64,000 nucleotides of DNA from a virus (Duplodnaviria > Caudoviricetes). Numbering within the stretch: position 1 is the stretch's first letter; every line of letters begins with the position of its first letter. Shown here piece after piece: positions 1-8,391 of the stretch. Location: positions 1,531-65,530 of the IMG/VR virus record IMGVR_UViG_3300050029_000197. One strand, given 5' to 3'. Position numbers and translations under genes: made by a program. The notes under the pieces are model-generated. The model worked only from the letters and a program-made list of their open reading frames with translations. It was not told where the DNA came from and ran no database searches.

Positions 1-66
1 CCGCACGGGTTCATCGCACACCGTTCGTGCTCGCCCGTCCGGCAATAGATCCCGAAGGTGCGAGGG

Positions 67-435
67 TCAGTCGTGGTGGTCATCGTCACCGACAAGCTCC
101 AAATCGACGTCGATCGGACGGACACGAACCGCGAGTTTCCAGACGATCGTTCGGCCGACCCGGTCGCCCGCGACGATTCCCGCTCGCTCGAGCCGCACCA
201 GGATCGGGTACACGTCGTGATTCCCCGCGAGGCGCCAACCCTCAACCGCACCTTCACGGTCGCGACACGTCGTGCACGGGGCGCCCGAGGACCAGCGGCC
301 CGGATGGCCGTCGACGAGGCAATGGCACGGGACCGTCCCGACCCGGCGCGCGACCTCGCGGGTTTCGGCCGGCTCGCGGACCGCCGCGACGATCTGGTCG
401 GTGAGCGCGAGCAACGCCTCCGAGGTGCGCCTCAT
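67..435 (-). CDS. hypothetical protein, possible winged-HTH with Cys-rich (Zn-binding) insert
   Basis: 122 aa ORF overlapping the upstream stop (ATGA); CHC...CTTC motif; C-terminal 'YPILVRLERAGIV...GRTIVW' resembles a wHTH wing. Confidence 0.5.
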   Translation of the reverse strand: MRRTSEALLALTDQIVAAVREPAETREVARRVGTVPCHCLVDGHPGRWSSGAPCTTCRDREGAVEGWRLAGNHDVYPILVRLERAGIVAGDRVGRTIVWKLAVRVRPIDVDLELVGDDDHHD

Positions 436-1340
436 GACGTGCCCAAGAACTCGGCGGCGATGAACTCGAGCGCCTGCGCCGGATTCGTCGCCTCACCGGC
501 AGCGAGCATCTTCTCGATCGCCTGCTCCACCACCGCGGCCGCCGAGGCGGGCATCGCGTCGACGAGCGGGACCGGGACCCAGTCCTCCGGAACGTCCGCG
601 ACCGGGCGCAGCTCTACCGGTTCGAGACCGGCGAGTTCGCGGTTCGCGACGTCGACAAGATGAGCGACGGTCGCACCCACGCTGCGGATGTCGCGCACCC
701 GGCCGATCGCGGCGACTGCCTTCGCGAGCGGCTCGAACTGCTCGAGGGGCGCGACGCCGATGAGGTCCGGGTTGCCGTCGATCTGCTTCGCGAGCTCCTT
801 GAACCCGTCGAACGCGGCGGGGAGGAACTCGAACGTCACGGTCCGCCACTCGAACGCCGCCGCCGGCGTGTGCAGCATGGTCGTGTCCGGTGCTGGGATC
901 GGGAGGAACTCGTCGGGGAGACCCGTCATGAGGAAATGCTCGGGGACGTCGATCATCCGCACCATCTGGCGGATCACGGCCGGGTCCGGTTCGCCGGCGA
1001 GTTCGTTGTGCGCGATCTGCTTCGCGACCAGCTCCGACCGGGACATCTCCTGGTAATCGACGATCATCGGGACGAGCTTGTGGCCCGCCTTCTTCGCCCC
1101 GCGGACCCGGTGGTGACCCGAGATGATCTCGACCCGTTTTCCGTCGTCGTGCGGTTTGCCGTACGGCAGCGACTCGAGCGCGCCCCGCTGACGGATGTTC
1201 TCGGCCAGACGGTCGAACTTCGCCGGCGTGAGCACCTGAGCATTGACATCCTGCTCGACGATGTCCTCGATCGGAACGAGCTCGACGTAGAGGTCGTCGC
1301 CGATCTGGAACCGTTCGCGGTCCGTCGTCGGCGCGGTCAT
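432..1340 (-). CDS. ParB/Sulfiredoxin-like N-terminal domain protein
   Basis: 'EQDVNAQVL...FDRLAENIRQRGALESLPY...EIISGHHRVRGA...QIAHN' ParB/Srx motif; start MTAPTT at 1340 overlaps the upstream stop. Confidence 0.85.
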   Translation of the reverse strand: MTAPTTDRERFQIGDDLYVELVPIEDIVEQDVNAQVLTPAKFDRLAENIRQRGALESLPYGKPHDDGKRVEIISGHHRVRGAKKAGHKLVPMIVDYQEMSRSELVAKQIAHNELAGEPDPAVIRQMVRMIDVPEHFLMTGLPDEFLPIPAPDTTMLHTPAAAFEWRTVTFEFLPAAFDGFKELAKQIDGNPDLIGVAPLEQFEPLAKAVAAIGRVRDIRSVGATVAHLVDVANRELAGLEPVELRPVADVPEDWVPVPLVDAMPASAAAVVEQAIEKMLAAGEATNPAQALEFIAAEFLGTS

Positions 1341-2089
1341 CGGGACTCCCGGCGGGCCTGGTCGGCGATCGCCTGCTCCACCCAGTCGACCAACGGCACG
1401 TCGCGCGCCTTCGCCGCCCGCTTCGCCTTGTCCCGGAGGTCCTCGCGCACCTTGAGGCTCCAGTACGGGACCGCGTCGCGTCGCACGCCCGGGCCCGTAC
1501 CGACGTGCCGGCCGATCCATCCCCGCACCGCCGCGCCGGAGCCCAACGAGCTCGGGAGCTGGGCCATCGCCTTGTCGTCCTTCAACAGCGACAGCGGGAT
1601 CGCGAGCGCGTCCCACAAGCCAATGCGACGCGAGTTGACCGCCATCTGCACGACCTCCGGGTACCGCAACAGCAGCAACGTCCGCGAGACGTGCGCCTGC
1701 GAACGTCGGGTGCGGGTCGCGACCTGGATTTGCGTCAGCCCCGAATCAACCAGGTCGCGGAACAGGCGCGCCTCGTCGAGCGGCGACATCTCCTGGCGGT
1801 CGAAGTTCTCCGCGGCCTGCGCCAACAGCCGGTTCTGCTCGGTCGCGCGCTGACGAAGGAAGCACGGAATCTCCGCCATGTCGATCAGCAGCGCCGCAGT
1901 GTGGCGACGGTGGCCGAACAGCACCTCGACGTCGTCGCCGTCCTCGGTCGGAACGACCGTGATCGCCTGCAACATGCCGTGCTCGAGCAGTGAAGCGGCG
2001 AGGTCCTCGATGCCGTCCATCGAGACGCGGACGTTGCGGCCCGGGCGGATCTTCTTCGGGTCCAGGTGAGTGAGCTGCGCCCGCTTCAC
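1337..2089 (-). CDS. ParB/RepB/Spo0J family protein
   Basis: 'NVR...IEDLAASLLEHGMLQAITV...GHRRHTAA...AENFDRQEMSPLDEA' followed by HTH 'TQIQVATRTRRSQAHVS'. Confidence 0.9.
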   Translation of the reverse strand: MKRAQLTHLDPKKIRPGRNVRVSMDGIEDLAASLLEHGMLQAITVVPTEDGDDVEVLFGHRRHTAALLIDMAEIPCFLRQRATEQNRLLAQAAENFDRQEMSPLDEARLFRDLVDSGLTQIQVATRTRRSQAHVSRTLLLLRYPEVVQMAVNSRRIGLWDALAIPLSLLKDDKAMAQLPSSLGSGAAVRGWIGRHVGTGPGVRRDAVPYWSLKVREDLRDKAKRAAKARDVPLVDWVEQAIADQARRESR

Positions 2090-2490
2090 CGGCTCTCACC
2101 CCGCGCTCGGTGAAGGTGCGCGTAGTACGCCTTGATCGCCCGGCCGCCCATGAGCAAGTTGCCGAACCCGGCCGTGGCGCGGTCCTCCTCGCTCTCGCCG
2201 CCCCAGAGTCCGAACTCGCGGCCCGCGCGCCCGGCGTCGCCGCACTCGTTGCTCACCGGACAGCGGCCACAGAACCGCAACCGCGCGTCCCATTCGCGCG
2301 CGGCGCGCATCTCGGGCCGCTCCCCCTCGAGCGCGAAGAACGGAGCAGGCCCCTCGCCTCGGCAGGCCGCGTCGGCTTTCCAGGCCATGCCCTCGAACAA
2401 GCGGCCGAACAGCTCCGCCAACGGCGAGGGATCGTCTTGCCTCTCGACCGGTTCGTCGTCGACGTCGGCCGGGTCGATCGTCGCCATCAC
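2086..2490 (-). CDS. WhiB family Fe-S transcriptional regulator
   Basis: 'WKADAAC...FF...CGRCPVSNEC...FGLWGGESE': four Cys plus the GLWGG motif. Confidence 0.92.
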   Translation of the reverse strand: MMATIDPADVDDEPVERQDDPSPLAELFGRLFEGMAWKADAACRGEGPAPFFALEGERPEMRAAREWDARLRFCGRCPVSNECGDAGRAGREFGLWGGESEEDRATAGFGNLLMGGRAIKAYYAHLHRARGESR

Positions 2491-2891
2491 GCCGCTTGCT
2501 CCGGGCGCAACAGACCGAGCTCGTGAGCGCGTGCTGGGTCGACGTCATGGATCCAGTGGTGCACCTTGGCGCAGACGAACAGCCCGCGTTCGGGATCGTG
2601 GACGCCGCGGTCGTGGTCCTCGGGGAACAGATGATGGGCATGGTGACCTTCGTGCGGCCACGGCGACGCACAGCCAAGAACGATCTCGGTGCCGTCGAGC
2701 ATGAACAAGGCCTCGCAATACCCGCCGCTGCGTCGGCGTAGCTCGGCACGGAACGCGTCAAGGGCGGGACGTTCGCGCTTCGCCTTCCGGCCCGGTCCCC
2801 GCCGCAACGCGGTGCGGGCGATCGCCCTGCGCGGCTTCCGCAACCAGGCCGCGATCTTGTCCGGATCTCGTTTGATCTCGGTGCGTTTCAT
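2487..2891 (-). CDS. HNH-like endonuclease
   Basis: 'RRSGGYCE...C...HHAHH...LFVCAKVHHWIH...AHELGLL' pattern of actinophage HNH proteins. Confidence 0.65.
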   Translation of the reverse strand: MKRTEIKRDPDKIAAWLRKPRRAIARTALRRGPGRKAKRERPALDAFRAELRRRSGGYCEALFMLDGTEIVLGCASPWPHEGHHAHHLFPEDHDRGVHDPERGLFVCAKVHHWIHDVDPARAHELGLLRPEQAA

Positions 2892-3190
2892 GTCTGGCGT
2901 CTCGCCCACGCCGACCAGGCGAGGAGCTGCTCACGATCGTCCGCGTCGAGCCCGGGCTGACGGTACGCGAGCGCCGAGCACAGCGAGTCGAGCGCGACGA
3001 GGGCGCGCAGTTCGATCTCGACGATGATCCGTTCCCCCTCACCGGTCTCGACCCGGAACGGTCCCCCCGCCGGCACGACCGGTACCGGAGGCACGCCGAG
3101 TATCCCGGCGACCATCTCCATCGGCGGCATGTCCGGCCGTCGGATCGGACCCCACCAGCCGTTCGCCTCGAGCCATGCCCGGATCCTCAC
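2888..3190 (-). CDS. hypothetical protein
   Basis: ORF with 4-bp overlaps to both neighbours (GTG at 3190). Confidence 0.5.
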   Translation of the reverse strand: MRIRAWLEANGWWGPIRRPDMPPMEMVAGILGVPPVPVVPAGGPFRVETGEGERIIVEIELRALVALDSLCSALAYRQPGLDADDREQLLAWSAWARRQT

Positions 3191-3408
3191 GCCGCGACCG
3201 CCAGCAGCGACAACAAGAACCCGGGCCGCATCTCGTATATCGCCGCGAGGCCGAACAGGTCGTCGACGTCGAAGTTGCGTTCGCCACGCTCCCATTGGCT
3301 CACAACCCCGCGCGAGTAGCCAAGCTGGGCCGACACGCCATCGGCGGTGAGTGCCCGTTCGCGTCGCAACTGGCGGAGCACCGCACCGATCCGCTGCTCG
3401 AACGTCAC
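3187..3408 (-). CDS. XRE/Cro-type HTH regulator
   Basis: 'IGAVLRQLRRERALTADGVSAQLGYSRGVVSQWERGER' HTH_3 pattern. Confidence 0.9.
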   Translation of the reverse strand: MTFEQRIGAVLRQLRRERALTADGVSAQLGYSRGVVSQWERGERNFDVDDLFGLAAIYEMRPGFLLSLLAVAA

Positions 3409-4895
3409 GCCGCCGTCTCCTTCTTCCGTCGTCGCCCGGTAGTGACGCCCGAGGTCGCGCGCCCGTAGCGGGCCTCGTCCGCGATCCACCAGGCGAGCGC
3501 GTCCGCCCAGGTGCCCGCCTCGAGCGGCGCCGCGTAGAAGAGCCGGAAGCAGCCCTTGCGTTTCGGGTCGGTACGCCGCTCGACGAGGTCCATGAGCCCC
3601 CGCTTCGACTTCGACTCCGGGAGCCGGGCCTCGTCGACCGTCAGGATCCGGGCCGCGGCCGCGACGTGAATCGACGTCTTCGGTGACGCCAGTAGCTCCA
3701 ACGTGCGGCGCTGGAGCGAGACCTTGAGGATCAGTCTGCTCAGACGAGATGCGTGCGCGGCGGAGAACGCCCAGGTGAGCAGGATCGCGTCGCGGAACTT
3801 CGTGACCCCGTTATGCGGGTGCACCATCGTGTCCGGCGAGAACCCGCCCGCGCAGGCGAGATAGCCGTCGACGACGACCGCGAAGTTCATCGACGTCGAC
3901 GCCGAGGCCGGCCGGTGCGTCCACAACTCTTTCAGGTAGGCGGCCTCGGGCGCGCTGATCGCAATGACGTCGATCGACGAGTCGGCGGTGATCTGGTGGT
4001 CGGATGGCATCGGCTCCCGGCGTGGCCGTTCGAGCTGACCAGCGGACCTGCCCCCCACCTTCACCCCGACGAGGTCGCGCACCTCGTCCGGCCGGTTCGA
4101 CAGGTAGTAGATGTAGCGACCGTTCCCGAGGTAGCGGGCGTAGACGACCTGGCGTTCGTCGAGTGCCGCGGCCTTGGTCTCGGTCATCACGACGAGAAGG
4201 CCGGGCGCGCCCTCGGCGCGGGTGAGGAGCTCGCGGACGCCTTCGACCGGGTCGAACATCGCGAACGTCGGCTCGTCCCACGTCACACGCGCGCCCGTCG
4301 CGAACATCTTCTCGTAGCCGTTTTTGATCGTCGGCGGGTTGAGGAGGATCAGCGCGTGCTCGTCGTCGAGCGCGTCGAACGTGTGCTCGAAGAGGCAGCG
4401 GGGCCGGAAGTCGATGCCGGCGAGCGACTTCGACAGCGCCTGCAGCGTCTCGGTGAACTCGGCGATGTGGCCGTTCTGGCCCGTCCGGAGCTCGGCCAGC
4501 ACGCCCGCCAGGTATTCGGATGGCGCTTTCTCGTACTGGTACTCGTTGCGGACCAACAAGAACCGCATCAGCAGCTCCGCGCAACGGGCTTCGACCGTCT
4601 CCCCCACCGTGACGGCCGGTTCCCCGTCGACCCGCACGTCCAGGTCGAGCGTCGAACGCGCCGCGGCGACGCCGACGAGTGCGGGCACGAGCATCACGTC
4701 CGACGCCTCGATCCCGGCTGCGGGCCATCCGAGCTCGCGTGCGAGGAGGCTCACCGCGAGCATCCCCGCCGCCGGCTCGACGAGGCGCGTGTAGCGCGCG
4801 CGGTCAACCGTGCTCAGGACCTCGCGCAGGAACGACCTCTCGGGGTTCGTGAGCGAGCCGAGCCAGAGCATCCAGGGCTGCACGTAGGCGGGCAT
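3405..4895 (-). CDS. atypical Dam-like adenine methyltransferase domain fused to a probable GNAT/Mom-like C-terminal domain
   Basis: Motif I-like 'RLVEPAAGMLAVS', 'IEASDV', motif IV variant 'LLNPPT...GYEKMF'; C-terminal half has 'NFAVVVDGYLACAGGF' and 'SRLSRLI', reminiscent of a GNAT fold (inference). Alternative start ATG at 4871. Confidence 0.6.
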   Translation of the reverse strand: MPAYVQPWMLWLGSLTNPERSFLREVLSTVDRARYTRLVEPAAGMLAVSLLARELGWPAAGIEASDVMLVPALVGVAAARSTLDLDVRVDGEPAVTVGETVEARCAELLMRFLLVRNEYQYEKAPSEYLAGVLAELRTGQNGHIAEFTETLQALSKSLAGIDFRPRCLFEHTFDALDDEHALILLNPPTIKNGYEKMFATGARVTWDEPTFAMFDPVEGVRELLTRAEGAPGLLVVMTETKAAALDERQVVYARYLGNGRYIYYLSNRPDEVRDLVGVKVGGRSAGQLERPRREPMPSDHQITADSSIDVIAISAPEAAYLKELWTHRPASASTSMNFAVVVDGYLACAGGFSPDTMVHPHNGVTKFRDAILLTWAFSAAHASRLSRLILKVSLQRRTLELLASPKTSIHVAAAARILTVDEARLPESKSKRGLMDLVERRTDPKRKGCFRLFYAAPLEAGTWADALAWWIADEARYGRATSGVTTGRRRKKETAA

Positions 4896-4899
4896 CTCG

Positions 4900-4971
4900 T
4901 CCGGGAACCTCGGATCGAACGAGGACTACGACACCCCAAGCGTCGCGTGCTGCCAGCTACACCATTCCCGG
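4900..4971 (-). tRNA. tRNA-Pro(UGG), CCA not encoded
   Basis: Full cloverleaf: CCGGGAA/TTCCCGG acceptor, GTGT/GCAC D stem, CGACG-CTTGGGG-TGTCG anticodon arm, CCTCG-TTCGATC-CGAGG T arm; Pro identity elements C1:G72, A73 and G37. Confidence 0.93.
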
Positions 4972-4983
4972 TGCAGTCAACCT

Positions 4984-5001
4984 AAACCACACGCGTGTGG
5001 T
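4984..5001 (-). promoter_or_regulatory. class L (virion-gene) promoter motif upstream of tRNA-Pro
   Basis: Palindrome ACCACACGCGTGTGGT followed by TAGGTT 7 nt before the tRNA 5' end; same core recurs before structural genes. Confidence 0.7.
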
Positions 5002-5061
5002 GCGCAACGACAGTCGCGAACTACCTCGCAGCGCGCGCACGAATCGCGCGGACGGCGCGCA

Positions 5062-5499
5062 TCAGTCGACGTCGGGATGTGCGACGCGAACGAGGCTCTC
5101 GGCCACCCGCGTCAACGCGTTCAGCGCGTTGCCGAGGTGGGTCAGGTGCGATTCGGTCAGCCGGTCCAACGCGATCCCCCATAGCGCGTGCCCAACAGCA
5201 ACGACGATCTCGCGCTCGGCATCATGCAGCCGCTCGAGGAGGTCGTCATCGCCTGTCTCCCCGGCATCGCCGTAGGCCATCAGCGTGACGTACCGCACCT
5301 CATGCGCCGCACTGACCAAGGTCCCCGCCTTATCGGCCCGGTAGTGGCGGCTGTCGTGGTCGCCGATCCGACAGACCATGTCCGCGACGTCGTAGAGCGG
5401 GCTCACGATCGACCGTTCCGCGTAGTTCTCGGCCTCGTCAAGCTCGTGGAGCTGCTCACGGAGGTAGGTGCGGGCAGCGTCGAGCGGTGAAGTGGTCAT
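5062..5499 (-). CDS. hypothetical protein
   Basis: ORF MTTSPLD..., overlapping the upstream stop. Confidence 0.55.
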   Translation of the reverse strand: MTTSPLDAARTYLREQLHELDEAENYAERSIVSPLYDVADMVCRIGDHDSRHYRADKAGTLVSAAHEVRYVTLMAYGDAGETGDDDLLERLHDAEREIVVAVGHALWGIALDRLTESHLTHLGNALNALTRVAESLVRVAHPDVD

Positions 5500-5759
5500 G
5501 GGAGCAACTCCTCTTCGGTGATCTCGTAGCTCCGATAGGTCAGGCCAGGAACGACGCCGGCCAGATCGCGCGCGATGATCGAGTCGGCATACACCTCCAG
5601 CTCCCACTCTGCCGTGTGGTTCTTGGAGTGCATCTTCTCGATCGCCGCGAGCGCACCGTCGAACGAGCGGCACGCGGCCAGAGTGCGCGGACCGTCGTAT
5701 TCGTTCTCGCGCACCATGAACACACGCTCGCGCTCGTCGTCCGGGTCCCAGCCGCTCAT
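5496..5759 (-). CDS. hypothetical protein
   Basis: 87 aa ORF, translationally coupled on both sides. Confidence 0.55.
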   Translation of the reverse strand: MSGWDPDDERERVFMVRENEYDGPRTLAACRSFDGALAAIEKMHSKNHTAEWELEVYADSIIARDLAGVVPGLTYRSYEITEEELLP

Positions 5760-6133
5760 GGCCGCATCGGTCCGATCGCTATGACGGTCTCGTGGGTTTC
5801 CGGGTCATGCCACGTCTCGAGCTTCGTGCGCTGGTCGACCTTGATCGCTGTCGCGTCCGAGATCCGCATGACCATCCGGCCCTGCTCGTCGAGCTCACCC
5901 TTGTCGACGAGCAGCATCCCGATCGTCATTTTGGCGTCGCGCCGCTCGCGCGCATAGCGATCGTGGTCCTCGACGAACGCGAGGAGTGCCCTCGCGTCCA
6001 CCGCCACCTTCATCGGTCGATCCAGTACGGCCTCAGGCCAGTCAGCCGTCGCGGTTCGCCAGCGGTCTTCGAGAAGCCTGCGCGCCTCCTGGGCGATTGC
6101 CTCGCTCGTTGCTCGGTCGTCGGCGTCGCTCAT
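5756..6133 (-). CDS. hypothetical protein
   Basis: ORF MSDADDRAT..., coupled to neighbours. Confidence 0.55.
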   Translation of the reverse strand: MSDADDRATSEAIAQEARRLLEDRWRTATADWPEAVLDRPMKVAVDARALLAFVEDHDRYARERRDAKMTIGMLLVDKGELDEQGRMVMRISDATAIKVDQRTKLETWHDPETHETVIAIGPMRP

Positions 6134-6570
6134 CAGAAGAGTCTCGTCTCCGCCGGCGTCTCGCGCTCGGGCATCGGCCGGTAGGTGTGCTCGCAGGACA
6201 GCTCGCGCACGTCGATCCCCCACCGCTCGTGGAGCCACTGGGCGGCGAACTCGCGGTGGCAGAGATCCTTGCGGACGTCCTCGAAGCAGAGGCAGACGAT
6301 GGTTTGCCCTGGGTACTTCTCCGCGACGCCGAGGAGTTGCGCCTCGATCGCGTCCGCGAGCCCGTCGAGCCGCGCGATGTATCGCGCGGCGAACTCGTCC
6401 GGGTCGGCGATCTTGAGCAGGCCGTACGGGGCCAGCTTCGAGCCCGACTCACAGGCAATGTTGCGGATGAGCCCGACCGTCGTTCGCAGCGGCACCCCGT
6501 ACTCGTTCTTGAATGCTCGGATCGAACACGTTGCGATTTTCACGTCGTGAATGTCCATAGGTCCCATCAT
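6133..6570 (-). CDS. DUF488-like protein
   Basis: 'KLAPYG...EFAARYIARLD...IVCLCFED...CHREFAAQWL' matches the DUF488 LxC(F/Y)E...CHR signature. Confidence 0.75.
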   Translation of the reverse strand: MMGPMDIHDVKIATCSIRAFKNEYGVPLRTTVGLIRNIACESGSKLAPYGLLKIADPDEFAARYIARLDGLADAIEAQLLGVAEKYPGQTIVCLCFEDVRKDLCHREFAAQWLHERWGIDVRELSCEHTYRPMPERETPAETRLF

Positions 6571-6571
6571 G

Positions 6572-7372
6572 TCAAGCTGCTGCCCCAACCCGCTCGGCGG
6601 CGAGGATCGCGCGGACCCGGTTGCGGTGCGTGTGATCGGCGTCGCCGACGACGAACGCTTCGAGCAGGCCGAGCAGCTCGGACCGGCCGACACGTTTCGC
6701 CTTGCGGGCGTCGTCGATCAGCTCGGCCACCAAGAATGCGGAGGCGTCGAACATCCCGTCTGCGTTCTGTTCGGCCGCCAGCTTGTCGCACGCCCGGCGC
6801 GCCGAGTACCAGTCGAGCCCGCCCGACAGGATCGCCTGCGCGGCGAGCACCTGACGGTTCGTGTCCAGCCCGCGGAGCATGTCCGCGAATCCGACCGTCA
6901 ACGTGCCCGCCGAGACCAAGGCCCGGATCTCGGGCGCGAGGTCGAGGAGGGCGGTGCGGCGGTCGATCGTCGCCATGCTCACTCCGACCGCGTCGGCGAG
7001 CTGCTCGCGCGAGACCCCGGCGTCGAGACGCTTGCGGTAGGCGGCGCCCTCCTCGATCGGGTCCAGATCCACCCGGCCCACGTTCTCGGCCAGCATCACG
7101 GCCTGAGCCGCGTCGTCGTCGAGTGGCCGCACGAACGCCTCGATCTCGACCAGGCCGGCGAGCCGACAGGCTCGGACGCGCCGCTCCCCCGCCACCAGTT
7201 CGTATCTTGATACGGCATTCCGGATTCCCGATTCTCGAACCGTCGGCGGCTGCACCAGGCCGATCTCGCGGATGCTCTTCGCCAACTTGTCGAGCTCATC
7301 GTCGCGGAACGTCTGACGGTCATTGTCGCCCGCGACGATCGCGTCGAGGCGAACCGTGCGCAGCGCGCTCAC
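6572..7372 (-). CDS. ParB/RepB/Spo0J family protein
   Basis: 'NDRQTF...LDKLAKSIREIGLVQPPTVR...YELVAGERRVRA...LAENVGRVDLDPIEE' plus HTH. Confidence 0.92.
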   Translation of the reverse strand: MSALRTVRLDAIVAGDNDRQTFRDDELDKLAKSIREIGLVQPPTVRESGIRNAVSRYELVAGERRVRACRLAGLVEIEAFVRPLDDDAAQAVMLAENVGRVDLDPIEEGAAYRKRLDAGVSREQLADAVGVSMATIDRRTALLDLAPEIRALVSAGTLTVGFADMLRGLDTNRQVLAAQAILSGGLDWYSARRACDKLAAEQNADGMFDASAFLVAELIDDARKAKRVGRSELLGLLEAFVVGDADHTHRNRVRAILAAERVGAAA

Positions 7373-7599
7373 TCCCCCACCACCGCGACCGTGCGCTGCC
7401 GGAGCTGCGCTGCTGCTCGGTCGGCTTCGTGGATCGCTCCCCGATCGCCCGAGGACACGAACCCACCGCCCAGATCCCGCACCTCCCAGGTGCCACGCCC
7501 CTCCGTGTCGAGCGAGACGTTCACGACGTAGCCGATATGCGCGCCGTCGTCGACGATCCCCTGCCACCGGGGTCGGGTCGTCGCCTGGAGCACGATCAC
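7369..7599 (-). CDS. hypothetical protein
   Basis: Coupled short ORF (GTG at 7599). Confidence 0.5.
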   Translation of the reverse strand: MIVLQATTRPRWQGIVDDGAHIGYVVNVSLDTEGRGTWEVRDLGGGFVSSGDRGAIHEADRAAAQLRQRTVAVVGE

Positions 7600-7775
7600 G
7601 CGAACACCACCAGCGGGGCGACCCAGATCGGCTGCGGACCGTTCGGGATGACCGCGGCCCGCACGTAGGAGACCCACGTCGCCTCGTCGACCACGCCGGC
7701 CTTGTACGCCGCCCGGACCTCGAAGTAGGCGTCGGTGGCCGGATTCGGGATGATGGTGGCGAGCAGGGCGATCAT
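7596..7775 (-). CDS. hypothetical protein
   Basis: Coupled short ORF MIALLATIIPN... Confidence 0.45.
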   Translation of the reverse strand: MIALLATIIPNPATDAYFEVRAAYKAGVVDEATWVSYVRAAVIPNGPQPIWVAPLVVFA

Positions 7776-8014
7776 GACGCCACCCGGACGAGGTCGCCGT
7801 GCCAGAAGCCGTTCGGCGCCCAACGGAACACGCCGTCGGCGAGGCGCAGCTCCATGCCGGCGAGCCACTCGACGACGTCGGCGAAGTGAAGGAAATCGGT
7901 GTGCTCGCCCCAAGGGCCGCAGATGCCGGCGCGCACGCTCCGGTACACGAGGGCGTCGAAGCGGTATCCGGGCTTCGGGGTGATGCACACCTCGTAGGTG
8001 ACGTCGGCGCTCAT
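7772..8014 (-). CDS. hypothetical protein
   Basis: 80 aa coupled ORF. Confidence 0.55.
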   Translation of the reverse strand: MSADVTYEVCITPKPGYRFDALVYRSVRAGICGPWGEHTDFLHFADVVEWLAGMELRLADGVFRWAPNGFWHGDLVRVAS

Positions 8015-8145
8015 CGGGTGTACCCGTTGGTCTGCGCCGCTTCCATTGCATCGCCGTGGGTCGCACCGCAGCCGGTCGCCTCGTAGTAAAGGCTCTGCTG
8101 CTCGGACGTCAGGGCGTCGAACTCGGCTTGCTGGCGTGCCTTTAT
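8011..8145 (-). CDS. 44-aa hypothetical protein with apparent ATA start codon
   Basis: GGAGG, 8 nt, then ATA AAG GCA CGC...; open to a TGA that overlaps the ATG at 8014. Confidence 0.5.
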   Translation of the reverse strand: MKARQQAEFDALTSEQQSLYYEATGCGATHGDAMEAAQTNGYTR

Positions 8146-8161
8146 GACTGCTACCTCCCTA

Positions 8162-8215
8162 CCCAAGTCCCTCTTGGGTATAGGATAACTATACCACGCC
8201 AGCTAGGGGAAGCAA
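8162..8215 (-). promoter_or_regulatory. class E sigmaA-like promoter with palindromic operator
   Basis: TTGCTT-N16-TATAGT; palindrome GGTATAG-N5-CTATACC (8177-8195); 38 bp identical to 63814-63851. Confidence 0.8.
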
Positions 8216-8230
8216 GGAGAATGACGCGGG

Positions 8231-8385
8231 AAAGGCGCCCCCGTACCGAGGCGCCTCTCCGTTGCCCTTCTCGGCTGATTCGTCCGGGCCAGACGCAGCA
8301 CATGGCCGAGTCTCACGAGTAGCGGCTATCGACGTAGAGCTTTTGCCGCCACCTGAGCCAGTCTCTCGTCCGTCGAGGCTCGCAA
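8231..8385 (-). ncRNA. candidate structured small RNA
   Basis: No convincing ORF; lies behind a TGTCTCAG-N8-TACCGT motif; four consecutive hairpins, the last terminator-like (AGGCGCC...GGCGCCT-TT). Confidence 0.45.
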
Positions 8386-8391
8386 AGCGTG

